Source of the DNA: an uncultured Lachnospiraceae bacterium
GTDB lineage: Bacteria; Bacillota; Clostridia; Lachnospirales; Lachnospiraceae
Reading direction: 5' to 3'
Length of the DNA: 64,000 bases
NCBI GenBank assembly: GCA_947385725.1
Contig: CANDMD010000001.1
Location: forward strand, 2,660 to 66,659
Numbering within the stretch: position 1 is the stretch's first letter; the number at the start of each line of letters is the position of its first letter. Below, piece by piece: positions 10,410 to 19,784 of the stretch. Both the position numbers and the translations under genes were made by a program. Under the pieces are notes generated by a model. That model had not been told where the DNA came from, searched no databases, and worked only from the letters and a program-made list of their open reading frames with translations.

Positions 10410-10739
10410 TTATGACTCTTTTGCCATCATCATGTCCAGTATGACATGGTCGGTAACGCGCATCCCGTTGTTGCCAAGATTGCCCAGATTGCAAATGGTT
10501 TCCTCCACATCCCCGCAGACAATGCCATCGTGGTCGGGAGCCTCCACACCCTCCAGTGCCAGGTAAGCGCACTGTATTGCCCCTGCCACTGAGGCGGCTA
10601 TCTTCAAAGCACATCCGGCTTTTGCGCCGTCGCAGATCAGACCGGAGATATCCGCTACCATGTTTTTTACGGCGCACTCCACACTTCTGTCATCGCCGCC
10701 CAAGGCGCACACAATCTCCCGTTTCATAATACGGATCAT
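10410..10739 (-). pseudogene. C-terminal fragment of a UPF0597/YhaM-like (serine-dehydratase-alpha-like, L-cysteine desulfidase family) gene
   Basis: Only 109 aa are present, with the LICDGAKAGCALKIA motif. Full-length family members are roughly four times longer, and no upstream continuation is present. Confidence 0.55.
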
Positions 10740-10949
10740 TCAGCGTTGATGCTTTCTTTTTCAAGTGTCTGCATTTCCATGTCTTTTCTTCCTGCCTTTT
10801 CCATTGTGTGCATTCTGGTGATGTTCAGAAGTCTGTAATTTCTGCTCTTATTGTCAACTTGCTTGCTTTTTTTGTGGTTTTCGCTATACTTTTATACATA
10901 TTATACAGCGGCTTTCGCCTTTCAGCTTGCCGCTAAGGAGTTGAAAACT

Positions 10950-11906
10950 ATGCAGAAACGATCATCAGGGCATTTGCCGCTTACGTATCGGCCTTATGAT
11001 TTTCCGGCTTCCTTTCCTGTATTGGTTTTTTTGGGGGATTATTGGATCAATGGCGTTTCGACACCGGAATTTTTGCATTTTCATAATGGAATAGAGATCG
11101 GACGCTGTCTGGGCGGCTCGGGGAGATTTTATTGTGGGGAATCGGACAATTATCCATATTGTTGCGGCGACTACAGCATTATTTTTCCCCAGGTTCCCCA
11201 CATTGTGGTCAACGACTCCGAGCCTTGTGTCTGCGAATATCTGTATGTGGAGCCGAGGCTGCTTCTGCAGAAGGATGGTCATGGATGTGATATGCTCTGG
11301 CAGTTTTTCTATATTCCTCAGAAATTGCCGATCATCATCCGGAGAGAGGAGTATCCGGTGCTGCATTTCTTTATTTCCCGGATCTTTCAGGAATTCCATG
11401 AAAAAAGAGCCATGTATCAGAGGATGGTACATGGTCTGTTGGTGGCGCTCTGTGCGGAGATGAATCGCCTGACACTTATGGCGGATCAGGAGGACGGTTC
11501 GTCGGAGAATCTGACCAGCGCTCATTTTTACATCCGAACGGCTCTTACCTATATTTATGAGCACTATTCGGAAGCCATTTCCATACAGGAACTTTCCGCC
11601 CGATGCTGTATCAGTGAGAGTCATTTCCGCAGACTGTTCCGGCAGGTGGTGGGGATCAGCCCTTTGGAGTATATCCAGCACTACCGCATCCGGCAGGCCT
11701 GCCACCTGATCTACCTGAACCACGAGCCGATCAATATGATTGCGCGGCGGACGGGTTACCGCAGCCTGTCCAGCTTTAACAGGCAGTTTCAACAATATAT
11801 GCACAGCTCCCCCACAAGCTACCGCAGGGAGCATTTGCTGGATCCTGTACAGAATGAAGTGCTTTCCTATGAAGACAGCGCAACGAAGCATATTTTTCAG
11901 ATTTGA
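10950..11906 (+). CDS. AraC-family transcriptional regulator (cupin-like N-terminus + HTH)
   Basis: AAGGAG RBS 8 nt before the ATG at 10950. C-terminal AraC HTH (ISIQELSARCCISESHFRRLFRQVVGISPLEYIQHYRIRQA...GYRSLSSFNRQFQQYMHSSPTSYRR). Confidence 0.85.
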   Translation: MQKRSSGHLPLTYRPYDFPASFPVLVFLGDYWINGVSTPEFLHFHNGIEIGRCLGGSGRFYCGESDNYPYCCGDYSIIFPQVPHIVVNDSEPCVCEYLYVEPRLLLQKDGHGCDMLWQFFYIPQKLPIIIRREEYPVLHFFISRIFQEFHEKRAMYQRMVHGLLVALCAEMNRLTLMADQEDGSSENLTSAHFYIRTALTYIYEHYSEAISIQELSARCCISESHFRRLFRQVVGISPLEYIQHYRIRQACHLIYLNHEPINMIARRTGYRSLSSFNRQFQQYMHSSPTSYRREHLLDPVQNEVLSYEDSATKHIFQI

Positions 11907-12035
11907 AATGTTCATGGACATTTTATATACGTTATCTGGCTGGGTTTTCGCAAAAAGTCTTTTCACAAAAAAGCTTTCACGAACAGTCTTTCACTTCAGC
12001 TTTCACAAAAAATTAATAAAAATTTAAAAAAGGGG

Positions 12036-12064
12036 TTGCATTTCTTAAATAGATATAATATAAT
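12036..12064 (+). promoter_or_regulatory. sigma-A-type promoter for tRNA-Lys
   Basis: TTGCAT (12036-12041), 17-nt spacer, TATAAT (12059-12064), 40 nt upstream of the tRNA. Confidence 0.55.
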
Positions 12065-12104
12065 AACACTTGCGTTGCGAAAGACAAGCGCAAAATATTA
12101 AAAT

Positions 12105-12177
12105 GCACCGCTAGCTCAGTTGGTAGAGCACCTGACTCTTAATCAGGGTGTCCAGGGTTCGAGCCCCTGGCGGTGCA
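12105..12177 (+). tRNA. tRNA-Lys (anticodon CUU)
   Basis: Hand-folded cloverleaf. Acceptor stem is GCACCGC/GCGGTGC, D-arm is GCTC-AGTTGGTA-GAGC, and anticodon stem is CCTGA/TCAGG with loop CTCTTAA. T-arm is CAGGG-TTCGAGC-CCCTG and the discriminator is A. No CCA is encoded. Length 73 nt. Confidence 0.9.
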
Positions 12178-12808
12178 CACACTCCTCCCTGGAGGGGCAT
12201 GAAGTCTCAGGATTTGCATTTTTGCAGGTTGTGGGGCTTTTTTTTACACAGGGAAATACAGCGGCCTGAAAAACTCCTTTTTCTGTCTGAATTGTGATAT
12301 TATAGTGCCTTCCGATTGTTTCGCCCAGCTGTTCGACAGTCCCGATAAAGGTAATCTTGCCACTGGAAAGAATCGCAATCCGGTCACACAAATTTTCAAC
12401 CTCTGTCATATCATGGCTTGCTAATAGGATTGTCTTTTCCATTGCTTTTAACTGCCGGATCTGCTCATGTAAAGATAATCGTCCTTCCACATCAAGTCCT
12501 GCTGTCGGTTCGTCAAGAAACAGGATATCCGGATTCCGTGTTAAGGCGAGTGCTAAATGAAGCCGCCGTTTTTGTCCGGTTGACAACTGATAATACTGTT
12601 TTTTGGCAAACTCATAAATACCGAGGGCATCAAGCATTGTTTGATCAAGGGGTATCTTATTCCATTTGGATCTTCCTTCACTCATGGCAGATGGGGAAAG
12701 CAAGCCCTCTCTGTCGTAATGCTGTAATGTCCGTACAGTAACATCCATTTTCCCCGCAATCTCACCAACGGTCATATAGCCTTTTGGCATCGCTTTATGT
12801 TTATCCAT
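12143..12808 (-). pseudogene. chimeric remnant: MerR-type HTH N-terminus fused to the C-terminal two-thirds of an ABC-transporter ATPase
   Basis: aa 1-46 read YMTVGEIAGKMDVTVRTLQHYDREGLLSPS (MerR HTH). This is followed directly by the ABC signature LSTGQKRRL, Walker B ILFLDEPTAGLD and the H-loop LLASHD, with no Walker A. The open frame runs into the tRNA-Lys gene. The segment is lower in GC than its flanks. Confidence 0.6.
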
Positions 12809-13002
12809 ATCTCACCTCCTCGTATAGTATATCTTATTACGCTGCGTCACGAGCAGGCGTTTTTGTGAAGATTTCAGAAAAAATGTGGCCAATAGTGTAA
12901 AGAGGTAAATTGACGGCACTTTCTGCTGTGATGAAACTTTTCCCCGGGAATCTCGTTTATATGAATGAAATGATTTAAAACAGATTGCAGGAGGGAAAAG
13001 TT

Positions 13003-13905
13003 ATGAGGAAGATCACTTTATTGGCCACAGGTATTGCTTTGGGCATCGTATTATACGGATGCAGCGGAAAGGATCCGGCGGCTGACGGGGGACAGGCAGT
13101 TTCGCTGCAGGATATGGCGGTGGCTGTGAATGGTCAGGGGGACGTATTGCAAAGCGGCACGCAGGAAGCGGGACAGTTGAAAAGCGCACAGGGGGAAATA
13201 CAGCCGGGCGGTGTGGCGGGAGAAACCCTGCCCGGGGAAGCGGGAACGGCAGCAGGCACAGGGGAATCCGCACAGCCCGCAGCGACTCCGGCAGCATGGG
13301 ACACCCATGGCCGCGAACTGGAGGAAATCAAAGATTATCTGGCTCAATTTCCTGACACTTTGCAGGAAATATCGAAAGCGGAGTGTTATGTTGTACTGCA
13401 TGGCAATGAATACAGTGGAAGGGAATATCTGGATTCCTTTATGGAAAATGTGCGGACGGAAGTCCCGGATGAACTGGTGATTGTGCAGTTTACTGTGGAA
13501 GGGGATCCCATTCTGGTTTATTTGAATTATGACGCGGAGAACGTCTACTGTGTGGAGGATGCTTCCAGGGACGCCTGGGCGGGGAACGGTGAGAAATACT
13601 TCGAAAAGGATTATGATTCTGTCTGGCTTGCGGGAGAGGCAGATACGGATGGAAATTTCTATTTATCCCTCTATGCCCTGCAGGAGCAGGATATGGTGGT
13701 GGAAGTATTTACTGCATCAACGGAGCATCCGCTTGTGTGCGGTCTGCCTCTGGCGGAAGATTCTGCCATAAACCGGACCACGCAGACGCAGCCGGATTCA
13801 GAGGTGGAATCAAAGCTGCCTTCGTTTGAAAGGCTTGACAATGGAGAGGGAAACTGTATAGAACTGCACGATCTGCCGGATTGGGCGAAACCGCCTGCGC
13901 CTTGA
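13003..13905 (+). CDS. lipoprotein, function unknown
   Basis: GGAGGG RBS. Signal peptide with lipobox (LLATGIALGIVLYGC-SG), followed by a low-complexity linker and a globular domain. Confidence 0.6.
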   Translation: MRKITLLATGIALGIVLYGCSGKDPAADGGQAVSLQDMAVAVNGQGDVLQSGTQEAGQLKSAQGEIQPGGVAGETLPGEAGTAAGTGESAQPAATPAAWDTHGRELEEIKDYLAQFPDTLQEISKAECYVVLHGNEYSGREYLDSFMENVRTEVPDELVIVQFTVEGDPILVYLNYDAENVYCVEDASRDAWAGNGEKYFEKDYDSVWLAGEADTDGNFYLSLYALQEQDMVVEVFTASTEHPLVCGLPLAEDSAINRTTQTQPDSEVESKLPSFERLDNGEGNCIELHDLPDWAKPPAP

Positions 13906-13951
13906 TCCTGCGAAAGCGATACAGGCTTCCGCGCGGAGGAGGAGATGGGTT

Positions 13952-14800
13952 ATGAAAAAGAAAGCATGGGTCGCTATACTGACAGGTATCTTGCTTCTGG
14001 GAACTGTTATAGTTGTATGGAGTGCCTGGGGGCATTTGATTGTCGGCAGAAGACCGTTCCGAAATCTGGATCCATCGGAAATCCTGTCGGCTACAGTAAG
14101 ACTGACACCGCCGGATAAAACGATCCGGATCACGGACATAGAGGAGTTGACAGGCTGTTTAAAGGATGTGGTTGTCTATAATAAAGATAATTCCTATACG
14201 GAGTATGCCGGACAGGGGGTTACCTTTACCCTGATGCTGGCAGACGGTAAACAGGCGGAGGTTATGGCATATCATCCGTTCCTGGTGATGGATGGCGTTG
14301 GCTATCGGACGGAATATGAACCGTGCGAGGCGCTCCATGCATATGCGAACAGATTGCTGCAGGATGAAAATGCCATTGTAATATTGGAAGAACCGCCTCA
14401 ATTGACACTCCTGTGCGATCACACAGCTTTTGGCGCACTGCGGGGGACTTATTCGTGGCAGAAAAGAATTAGTGACGGAACTTCGACGGCAATAGAAGCC
14501 GACGGAGCCCATCCGCTGGACTGTAAAGACCGGTTGCTCAAATTTGATACGACGGAAACAACAGTCACTTTGGATTTTAAGGAAAAGCCCGATGCCATTT
14601 TAAGCGTCCAGTGCTGGAGCGAGGATCATTGGGGGAATCCCGATGCAGACAGTGAAGGCGTAGTCATGGATGGGTATGAAATGGAATTAAAACCGGGCGG
14701 ATATATTTATGAGATCATCGCTGAATGGAGTACGGAAGAGAGCGGCTATGGAGGCAGGGCACACTATTCCTTTTACGTGGAAGCTTTAGGGAAACGCTGA
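13952..14800 (+). CDS. membrane-anchored hypothetical protein
   Basis: Single N-terminal TM helix (WVAILTGILLLGTVIVVW). No recognisable motifs. GGAGG RBS. Confidence 0.5.
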   Translation: MKKKAWVAILTGILLLGTVIVVWSAWGHLIVGRRPFRNLDPSEILSATVRLTPPDKTIRITDIEELTGCLKDVVVYNKDNSYTEYAGQGVTFTLMLADGKQAEVMAYHPFLVMDGVGYRTEYEPCEALHAYANRLLQDENAIVILEEPPQLTLLCDHTAFGALRGTYSWQKRISDGTSTAIEADGAHPLDCKDRLLKFDTTETTVTLDFKEKPDAILSVQCWSEDHWGNPDADSEGVVMDGYEMELKPGGYIYEIIAEWSTEESGYGGRAHYSFYVEALGKR

Positions 14801-15152
14801 TGAAAGAGTTTCCTTAGAATAAGAATAAAATTTTGACAGTATGGCAGCGGTTTCCCTGGCGGAAACCTGCTGCCTTTGTATTTTACAGGAAATTCCGTCA
14901 CAGTGAGGGAAGAATGCGCGGCCCCGTACAGAGGGATACTCCTCCTGCTCGATTATCTGGAAATTATGCACAGGCAGCATGTTGTTTTTCACACCCACGC
15001 CACCGCGAGGTGTTTTCACACGTCTTTTGCGTGCAAAACCAGGGACAGCTGTGCGCGAAACCACTGTTTACGGTTTTTGTGCATATGTTGCTGGTCACGG
15101 AGTGAGCAGTAACGGCGGTATGACGGCGGGAGTACATTTTGGGATTTAAGTG

Positions 15153-15197
15153 TTGACACAGGAATTATGCAAGCGTATAATATGTTACACGGATGTA
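15153..15197 (+). promoter_or_regulatory. canonical sigma-A promoter plus TACA-N4-TGTA dyad (BlaI/CopY-type operator candidate)
   Basis: TTGACA (15153-15158), 17-nt spacer, TATAAT (15176-15181). The dyad TACAcggaTGTA lies at 15186-15197, directly downstream. Confidence 0.55.
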
Positions 15198-15262
15198 TAA
15201 CAAAAGATACGGAAACGCATGGATCGATATGATCAGATACAAAACAATAGGAGGTGTTTTAC

Positions 15263-15661
15263 ATGGGCAATATTCAGAAAAGGCTGGGAGAAGCGGAACT
15301 GGAGATCATGCAGGTGATCTGGAACAGTGCAGGTCCGGTTACTTCAAATTACATTCTGGCAGAAATAAAAGGGCAGAGGAAATGGCAGCTTTCCACTTTG
15401 ATGACTTCACTGGCGCGACTGTGTGACAAGGGATTTGCCAGCTGTGACCGTTCCACAGGCAGTAACCTGTATACGGCGGTTATTCCGGAAAATGAATATA
15501 AAGCCGGTGCCAGCAGGCATTTTCTGGAAAAACTGTATGGTAATTCCATACAGAATATGATAGCTTCGCTGTACAGCAGCAAGGATATCAAAGCTTCTGA
15601 TGTGGAGGAACTGCGGAGTTTTCTGGACAAAATGGAAGAAGAGTATTTAAGGGGGAAATGA
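15263..15661 (+). CDS. BlaI/MecI/CopY-family transcriptional repressor
   Basis: LGEAELEIMQVIWNSAGPVTSNYILAEI... is the typical penicillinase-repressor wHTH. GGAGG RBS. The stop overlaps the start of the M56 gene (ATGA). Confidence 0.9.
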   Translation: MGNIQKRLGEAELEIMQVIWNSAGPVTSNYILAEIKGQRKWQLSTLMTSLARLCDKGFASCDRSTGSNLYTAVIPENEYKAGASRHFLEKLYGNSIQNMIASLYSSKDIKASDVEELRSFLDKMEEEYLRGK

Positions 15662-17235
15662 GAATGACACATATTTTTCTGGCAGTCATGGAAATTTCGA
15701 TATCGATCAGTCTGCTGATAGCAGTGCTGCTTCTACTTACCCCTTTTTTAGACAGGCGATATGCCGCGAAATGGAAATATTGGATCTGGATATTTTTGGC
15801 ATTGCGGCTTATCCTTCCCTTTCACGGGGCGGATGTGAGAGCCGTGGTGGATGCCTGGTCACAGAAGGAATCCCGGTTTGAACGGAGGTTAGGGGAAAGG
15901 GATACGGAAGGTCTTCCCGAACAGACCATGCCTCAGGGCAGAATTATAATCGAGATACCGGCACGGATGATGACTCCCATTGCGCCTTCTTTCGAGGAAA
16001 ACAAAATGCATGTCACTCCGCTGGATATGGCTGCGTTTATCTGGATGATGGGAAGCCTGGCATTTATGGTAACACATCTGATCAGCTATGTCCGCTATAA
16101 AAATCTTGCATTAAAAAGAGGAAGCATAGTGAGAGACAAAGGGATCCTGCGCCGGGTATTTGAACTGAAACGGGAACTGCAGATAAAGGATTCCGTGCAT
16201 ATCATAGAATATCCGGAAGCTGCCAGCCCCATGGTGATCGGCTTTTTGCAGCCGGTTCTGATCCTGCCGGAAACGCAGTACGATCCGGTGGAACAGTACT
16301 TTATCCTGAAACATGAACTGGTTCATCTAAAGCGAAGGGATGTATTTATCAAATTGCTTCTGGTGGCGGCAAATGCGGTGCACTGGTTTAATCCTTTTGT
16401 CTGGATCATGCAGAAGGAAGCGGCTGTTGATATGGAATTATCCTGTGACGAGAGAGTGACCCAGGGGGCGGATCATGCAGCGCGGAAGGCATACACGGAA
16501 ACTTTATTGTCTACGCTTCACAGGCGATGTGCAGGGAGGACTGTCTTATCGACACAATTTTATGGAGGGAAGAAGATTATGAAGAAACGTTTTGAAAATA
16601 TTTTGCTTAAAACAGGTAAGAAAAATGGTGCGGTCATTCTGATGTGTGCGGTTCTGCTGACCTTGAGTCTGGGAACACTGGTAGGGTGCTCGGTTACAGG
16701 CGGAAATGGGGGAAATACTTCCGGCCAGGCGGGAAGTGGGAACATAGAAGGTCAGACCGGTCTGGCGCACAGTGGAAGTGCAGAGGGTACACCGGATCAA
16801 TCAGGAGGTGGACAGTCTTCATCCGGGACGGACGTGACTGATGCATCTAATACAGGAAATAACTTGACAGATGGAAATAATTTTTCAGGGGAAATCCTCG
16901 TTTACATTCATGAATTTGACGGGGCAACGCTTGCCTATGATGCGATTGAATGGGTTCAGGTGCCCGGTGAACGGGCGGCGGAGCTTGGGCTGACAGAGGA
17001 TGATGCGCCTTCCGGTTTCAGTATTTATAACGCGGAATCGGTGACGGAAGAACTGCCTCTTGCGAGTGACTGCACCTGCACGCTTTTGGACTGGACGGCT
17101 AATTATGTGGAGATGCAGGTTACAACGGAGGAATTAAAGGATATTCTGGCGGAGCGCGAAGGCACTGCCATTCCGTATCACCTGACAATCCAGGGAAATG
17201 AGATCATTGGTATTACAGAACAGTATGTGCCATAG
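15658..17235 (+). CDS. BlaR1/MecR1-like M56 family membrane metalloprotease (signal transducer)
   Basis: Zn motif ILKHELVHLKRRD, four or more TM helices, and a Gly/Ser-rich linker. The C-terminal extracellular domain is not a PBP-like domain. Confidence 0.85.
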   Translation: MRMTHIFLAVMEISISISLLIAVLLLLTPFLDRRYAAKWKYWIWIFLALRLILPFHGADVRAVVDAWSQKESRFERRLGERDTEGLPEQTMPQGRIIIEIPARMMTPIAPSFEENKMHVTPLDMAAFIWMMGSLAFMVTHLISYVRYKNLALKRGSIVRDKGILRRVFELKRELQIKDSVHIIEYPEAASPMVIGFLQPVLILPETQYDPVEQYFILKHELVHLKRRDVFIKLLLVAANAVHWFNPFVWIMQKEAAVDMELSCDERVTQGADHAARKAYTETLLSTLHRRCAGRTVLSTQFYGGKKIMKKRFENILLKTGKKNGAVILMCAVLLTLSLGTLVGCSVTGGNGGNTSGQAGSGNIEGQTGLAHSGSAEGTPDQSGGGQSSSGTDVTDASNTGNNLTDGNNFSGEILVYIHEFDGATLAYDAIEWVQVPGERAAELGLTEDDAPSGFSIYNAESVTEELPLASDCTCTLLDWTANYVEMQVTTEELKDILAEREGTAIPYHLTIQGNEIIGITEQYVP

Positions 17236-17338
17236 TGACAGGATGGAAGGTGCTCGTCGTTACCAAGATGGATCAGGACAGCTGGCGCAGTCCTTATGGA
17301 AATATCAAACCGATTATTCCATATATATAATATAAACA

Positions 17339-17367
17339 TTGACAGTATTCCACATGTATAATATAAT
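17339..17367 (+). promoter_or_regulatory. sigma-A-type promoter for the PadR operon
   Basis: TTGACA (17339-17344), 17-nt spacer, TATAAT (17362-17367). Confidence 0.5.
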
Positions 17368-17410
17368 ATGCAATGTATCAGAAGATAGGACATTGGAAAG
17401 GAATACGCAA

Positions 17411-17947
17411 ATGTTAAAACATGGGATTCTGGGCTTGATCAATTATCACGAAATGACAGGCTATGAAATTATGCAGGCATTCAGGGACTCCCTGAATTTC
17501 TTCTGGACGGCACAGACGAGCCAGATCTATCGGGAGTTACAGACGCTGGAGGAAAAGAAATGGGTCAGCAAGACTTTTGTACCGCAGCAGGGCAGGCCAA
17601 ACAAAAATGTGTACTCCATTACGGAGGAGGGAAAGTGTGAGTTGGTCAGATGGCTCTCAGACGGCAATCTGGGTCTGAATTTCCGTACACCGATCCTGAT
17701 GAAGGTTTTCTTCATGGGTGAACGAAGCAGGGAGGAGAACATACGCTATTTTGAGGGATTGAAATCTTATTGCGAAATATTTCTGGAAAGTCTTGCAGCT
17801 GTGCCGGAACATATAGAAACCTACAGTTCTTATCTGGACGACAGGGATAAATCCCTGTATTGGAAAATGACGGTGGAATACGGATGCAGGGAAATGCAGA
17901 TGTATATAGATTGGGCACAGGACTGTATTGATCAGCTGAAGGCTTAA
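17411..17947 (+). CDS. PadR-family transcriptional regulator
   Basis: MLKHGILGLINYHEMTGYEIMQAF...SQIYRELQTLEEKKWV...YSITEEGKCELVRWL is a PadR wHTH, followed by a C-terminal dimerisation domain. Confidence 0.85.
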   Translation: MLKHGILGLINYHEMTGYEIMQAFRDSLNFFWTAQTSQIYRELQTLEEKKWVSKTFVPQQGRPNKNVYSITEEGKCELVRWLSDGNLGLNFRTPILMKVFFMGERSREENIRYFEGLKSYCEIFLESLAAVPEHIETYSSYLDDRDKSLYWKMTVEYGCREMQMYIDWAQDCIDQLKA

Positions 17948-17969
17948 CAGAGAGGTGGATGTTAATAAG

Positions 17970-19706
17970 ATGAAAATTCTGGTCATAAACGGAAGTCCCA
18001 AGGGGGACAAGAGCAATACATACAAATTGACAAAAGCTTTTCTGGCAGGAATACAGGAAGGCGCAGAAGAAAAATCAAATGCAAAAGGAGTCCCCGAGGC
18101 AAAAATGGTATTGGAGGGAAAAGCCGGGCAGAGACCAAAGGAAGCGCTGGAAATAGAAGAGATCCAGGTTACCCGGCTTGACATACATCCCTGTCTGGGC
18201 TGTTTTTCCTGTTGGGATAAAACCCCCGGAAGCTGCTGTATGCAGGATGATATGGGGGAGGTGATCCGGAAGCTGCTGTGGGCGGATGTGACCATATGGA
18301 GTTTTCCGCTGTACTATTATACCGTGCCTGGCGGACTGAAAAATCTGATTGACCGGCAGCTTCCCATGGTGCTGCCTTTTATGGTGGAAAATAAAGACGG
18401 CACAGGCAGTGGAAGCCATCCGGCCAGGTATGATATGTCCGGAAAGAAAACAGTGCTTATTTCCACATGCGGGTTTTATGCGGCGGAAGGGAATTACGAT
18501 GGTATATACAGCCTGTTTGACCATATCTGTGGCAAAAACCAATACACCTCCATTTTTTGCGGGCAGGGGGAACTGTTCAGGGTGCCGGAATTATCCCGCA
18601 GAACCGATCAATATCTGGAGTATGTCCGGAGAGCGGGGAAAGAGTACCTTATGGGCGGTATTCGGCCGGAGACGGAGGCAGAGTTGAACCGGCTGCTGTA
18701 TCCCAGGGAAACATTTGAAGCCATGGCAGATGCAAGCTGGGGTATCAGCAGGGAAAATGGGGAAAAAGAGTCAGATGCGCTGGTATTTACCAGACAAATG
18801 GCGGCTCTTTACAGGCCGGAAAGTTATCCCGGCCGGGAACTGGTGCTGGAAATGCAGTATACGGATTTAGGGGAATGCTATCAGATCGTCCTGGGGAAGG
18901 AGGGCAGCCGGGTGATAACGGATGGCTTTATGGCTGCCACCACCAGGATCGAGACACCGATTACGGTATGGCGTTCCATTGCGGCAGGGGAGATCCGGGG
19001 GGATGAAGCACTGATGAAACAACTCTACAGAGTAAAGGGTGACTTTGACCTGATGCTGAAATGGGACACCTTTTTCGGAGGCCCGGGCAGCAGTGCGGAA
19101 GGGAATTCAAATGCAGCGGGCGGTGGAGACAGGCCGGGAACCGGGGGAGGGATCCACATCCCCCGAAAAGCCACCGATATGAAGATTCTGCTGTTTCCCT
19201 GGATGGCGTTCTGGATATTTCCGGCCATCCATAATAAAACCGGATGTTTGGTCAGCATTGCTGTCTGCGCACTGGTGCCGCTGTTTTTCTACCAGAATAA
19301 AAAGACGTTTTATGATGTGTTAAGCGGTGTGCTGGTCAGTGGATTTTCCATGGCAGTGCTGCTTGGTTTGTCTGACCGGATTGTTCTGCCATTGTCTTAT
19401 CTGACCTTCGGAATTATGTGGACAGTCACCTGTCTGGGGAAAATCCCCCTCACGGCACATTATTCCATGAATGATTATAATGGGGAAGATGCCTTGAAAA
19501 ATCCGCTTTTTATGAAAACAAACCGAATCCTTACCCTGGCGTGGGGAATCTTATACCTTTTGACGCCGGTCTGGACCTATCTCTTAATGGGAACCGGTCT
19601 GAAACCATACACAGGTGCGATCAATTCCATAATGCCTATTTTCATGGGAATTTTTACTGTATGGTTTCAGAAATGGTATCCGAGGAAGGTGGCAGGAGGA
19701 AACTGA
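17970..19706 (+). CDS. fusion protein: flavodoxin-like NAD(P)H-dependent FMN reductase + SCP2-like domain + C-terminal multi-TM domain
   Basis: N-terminus MKILVINGSPKGDKSNT...HPCLGCFSCW. Middle region ...YRVKGDFDLMLKWDTFFG (SCP2-like). The last ~170 aa contain 4-5 hydrophobic helices. Confidence 0.65.
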   Translation: MKILVINGSPKGDKSNTYKLTKAFLAGIQEGAEEKSNAKGVPEAKMVLEGKAGQRPKEALEIEEIQVTRLDIHPCLGCFSCWDKTPGSCCMQDDMGEVIRKLLWADVTIWSFPLYYYTVPGGLKNLIDRQLPMVLPFMVENKDGTGSGSHPARYDMSGKKTVLISTCGFYAAEGNYDGIYSLFDHICGKNQYTSIFCGQGELFRVPELSRRTDQYLEYVRRAGKEYLMGGIRPETEAELNRLLYPRETFEAMADASWGISRENGEKESDALVFTRQMAALYRPESYPGRELVLEMQYTDLGECYQIVLGKEGSRVITDGFMAATTRIETPITVWRSIAAGEIRGDEALMKQLYRVKGDFDLMLKWDTFFGGPGSSAEGNSNAAGGGDRPGTGGGIHIPRKATDMKILLFPWMAFWIFPAIHNKTGCLVSIAVCALVPLFFYQNKKTFYDVLSGVLVSGFSMAVLLGLSDRIVLPLSYLTFGIMWTVTCLGKIPLTAHYSMNDYNGEDALKNPLFMKTNRILTLAWGILYLLTPVWTYLLMGTGLKPYTGAINSIMPIFMGIFTVWFQKWYPRKVAGGN

Positions 19707-19784
19707 CCTCCTGTCCGAAGGAGAATAAGGGGCAGGAGGCTTGGCTGGACGGAAATCAGGAAGCTGCCGAAACACCTCCAACGG

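Noticed and set aside
12143-12177. Protein-coding overlap with tRNA-Lys
   Set aside because: The overlap is the unterminated tail of the chimeric pseudogene reading through the tRNA on the opposite strand. It is not a real coding feature.
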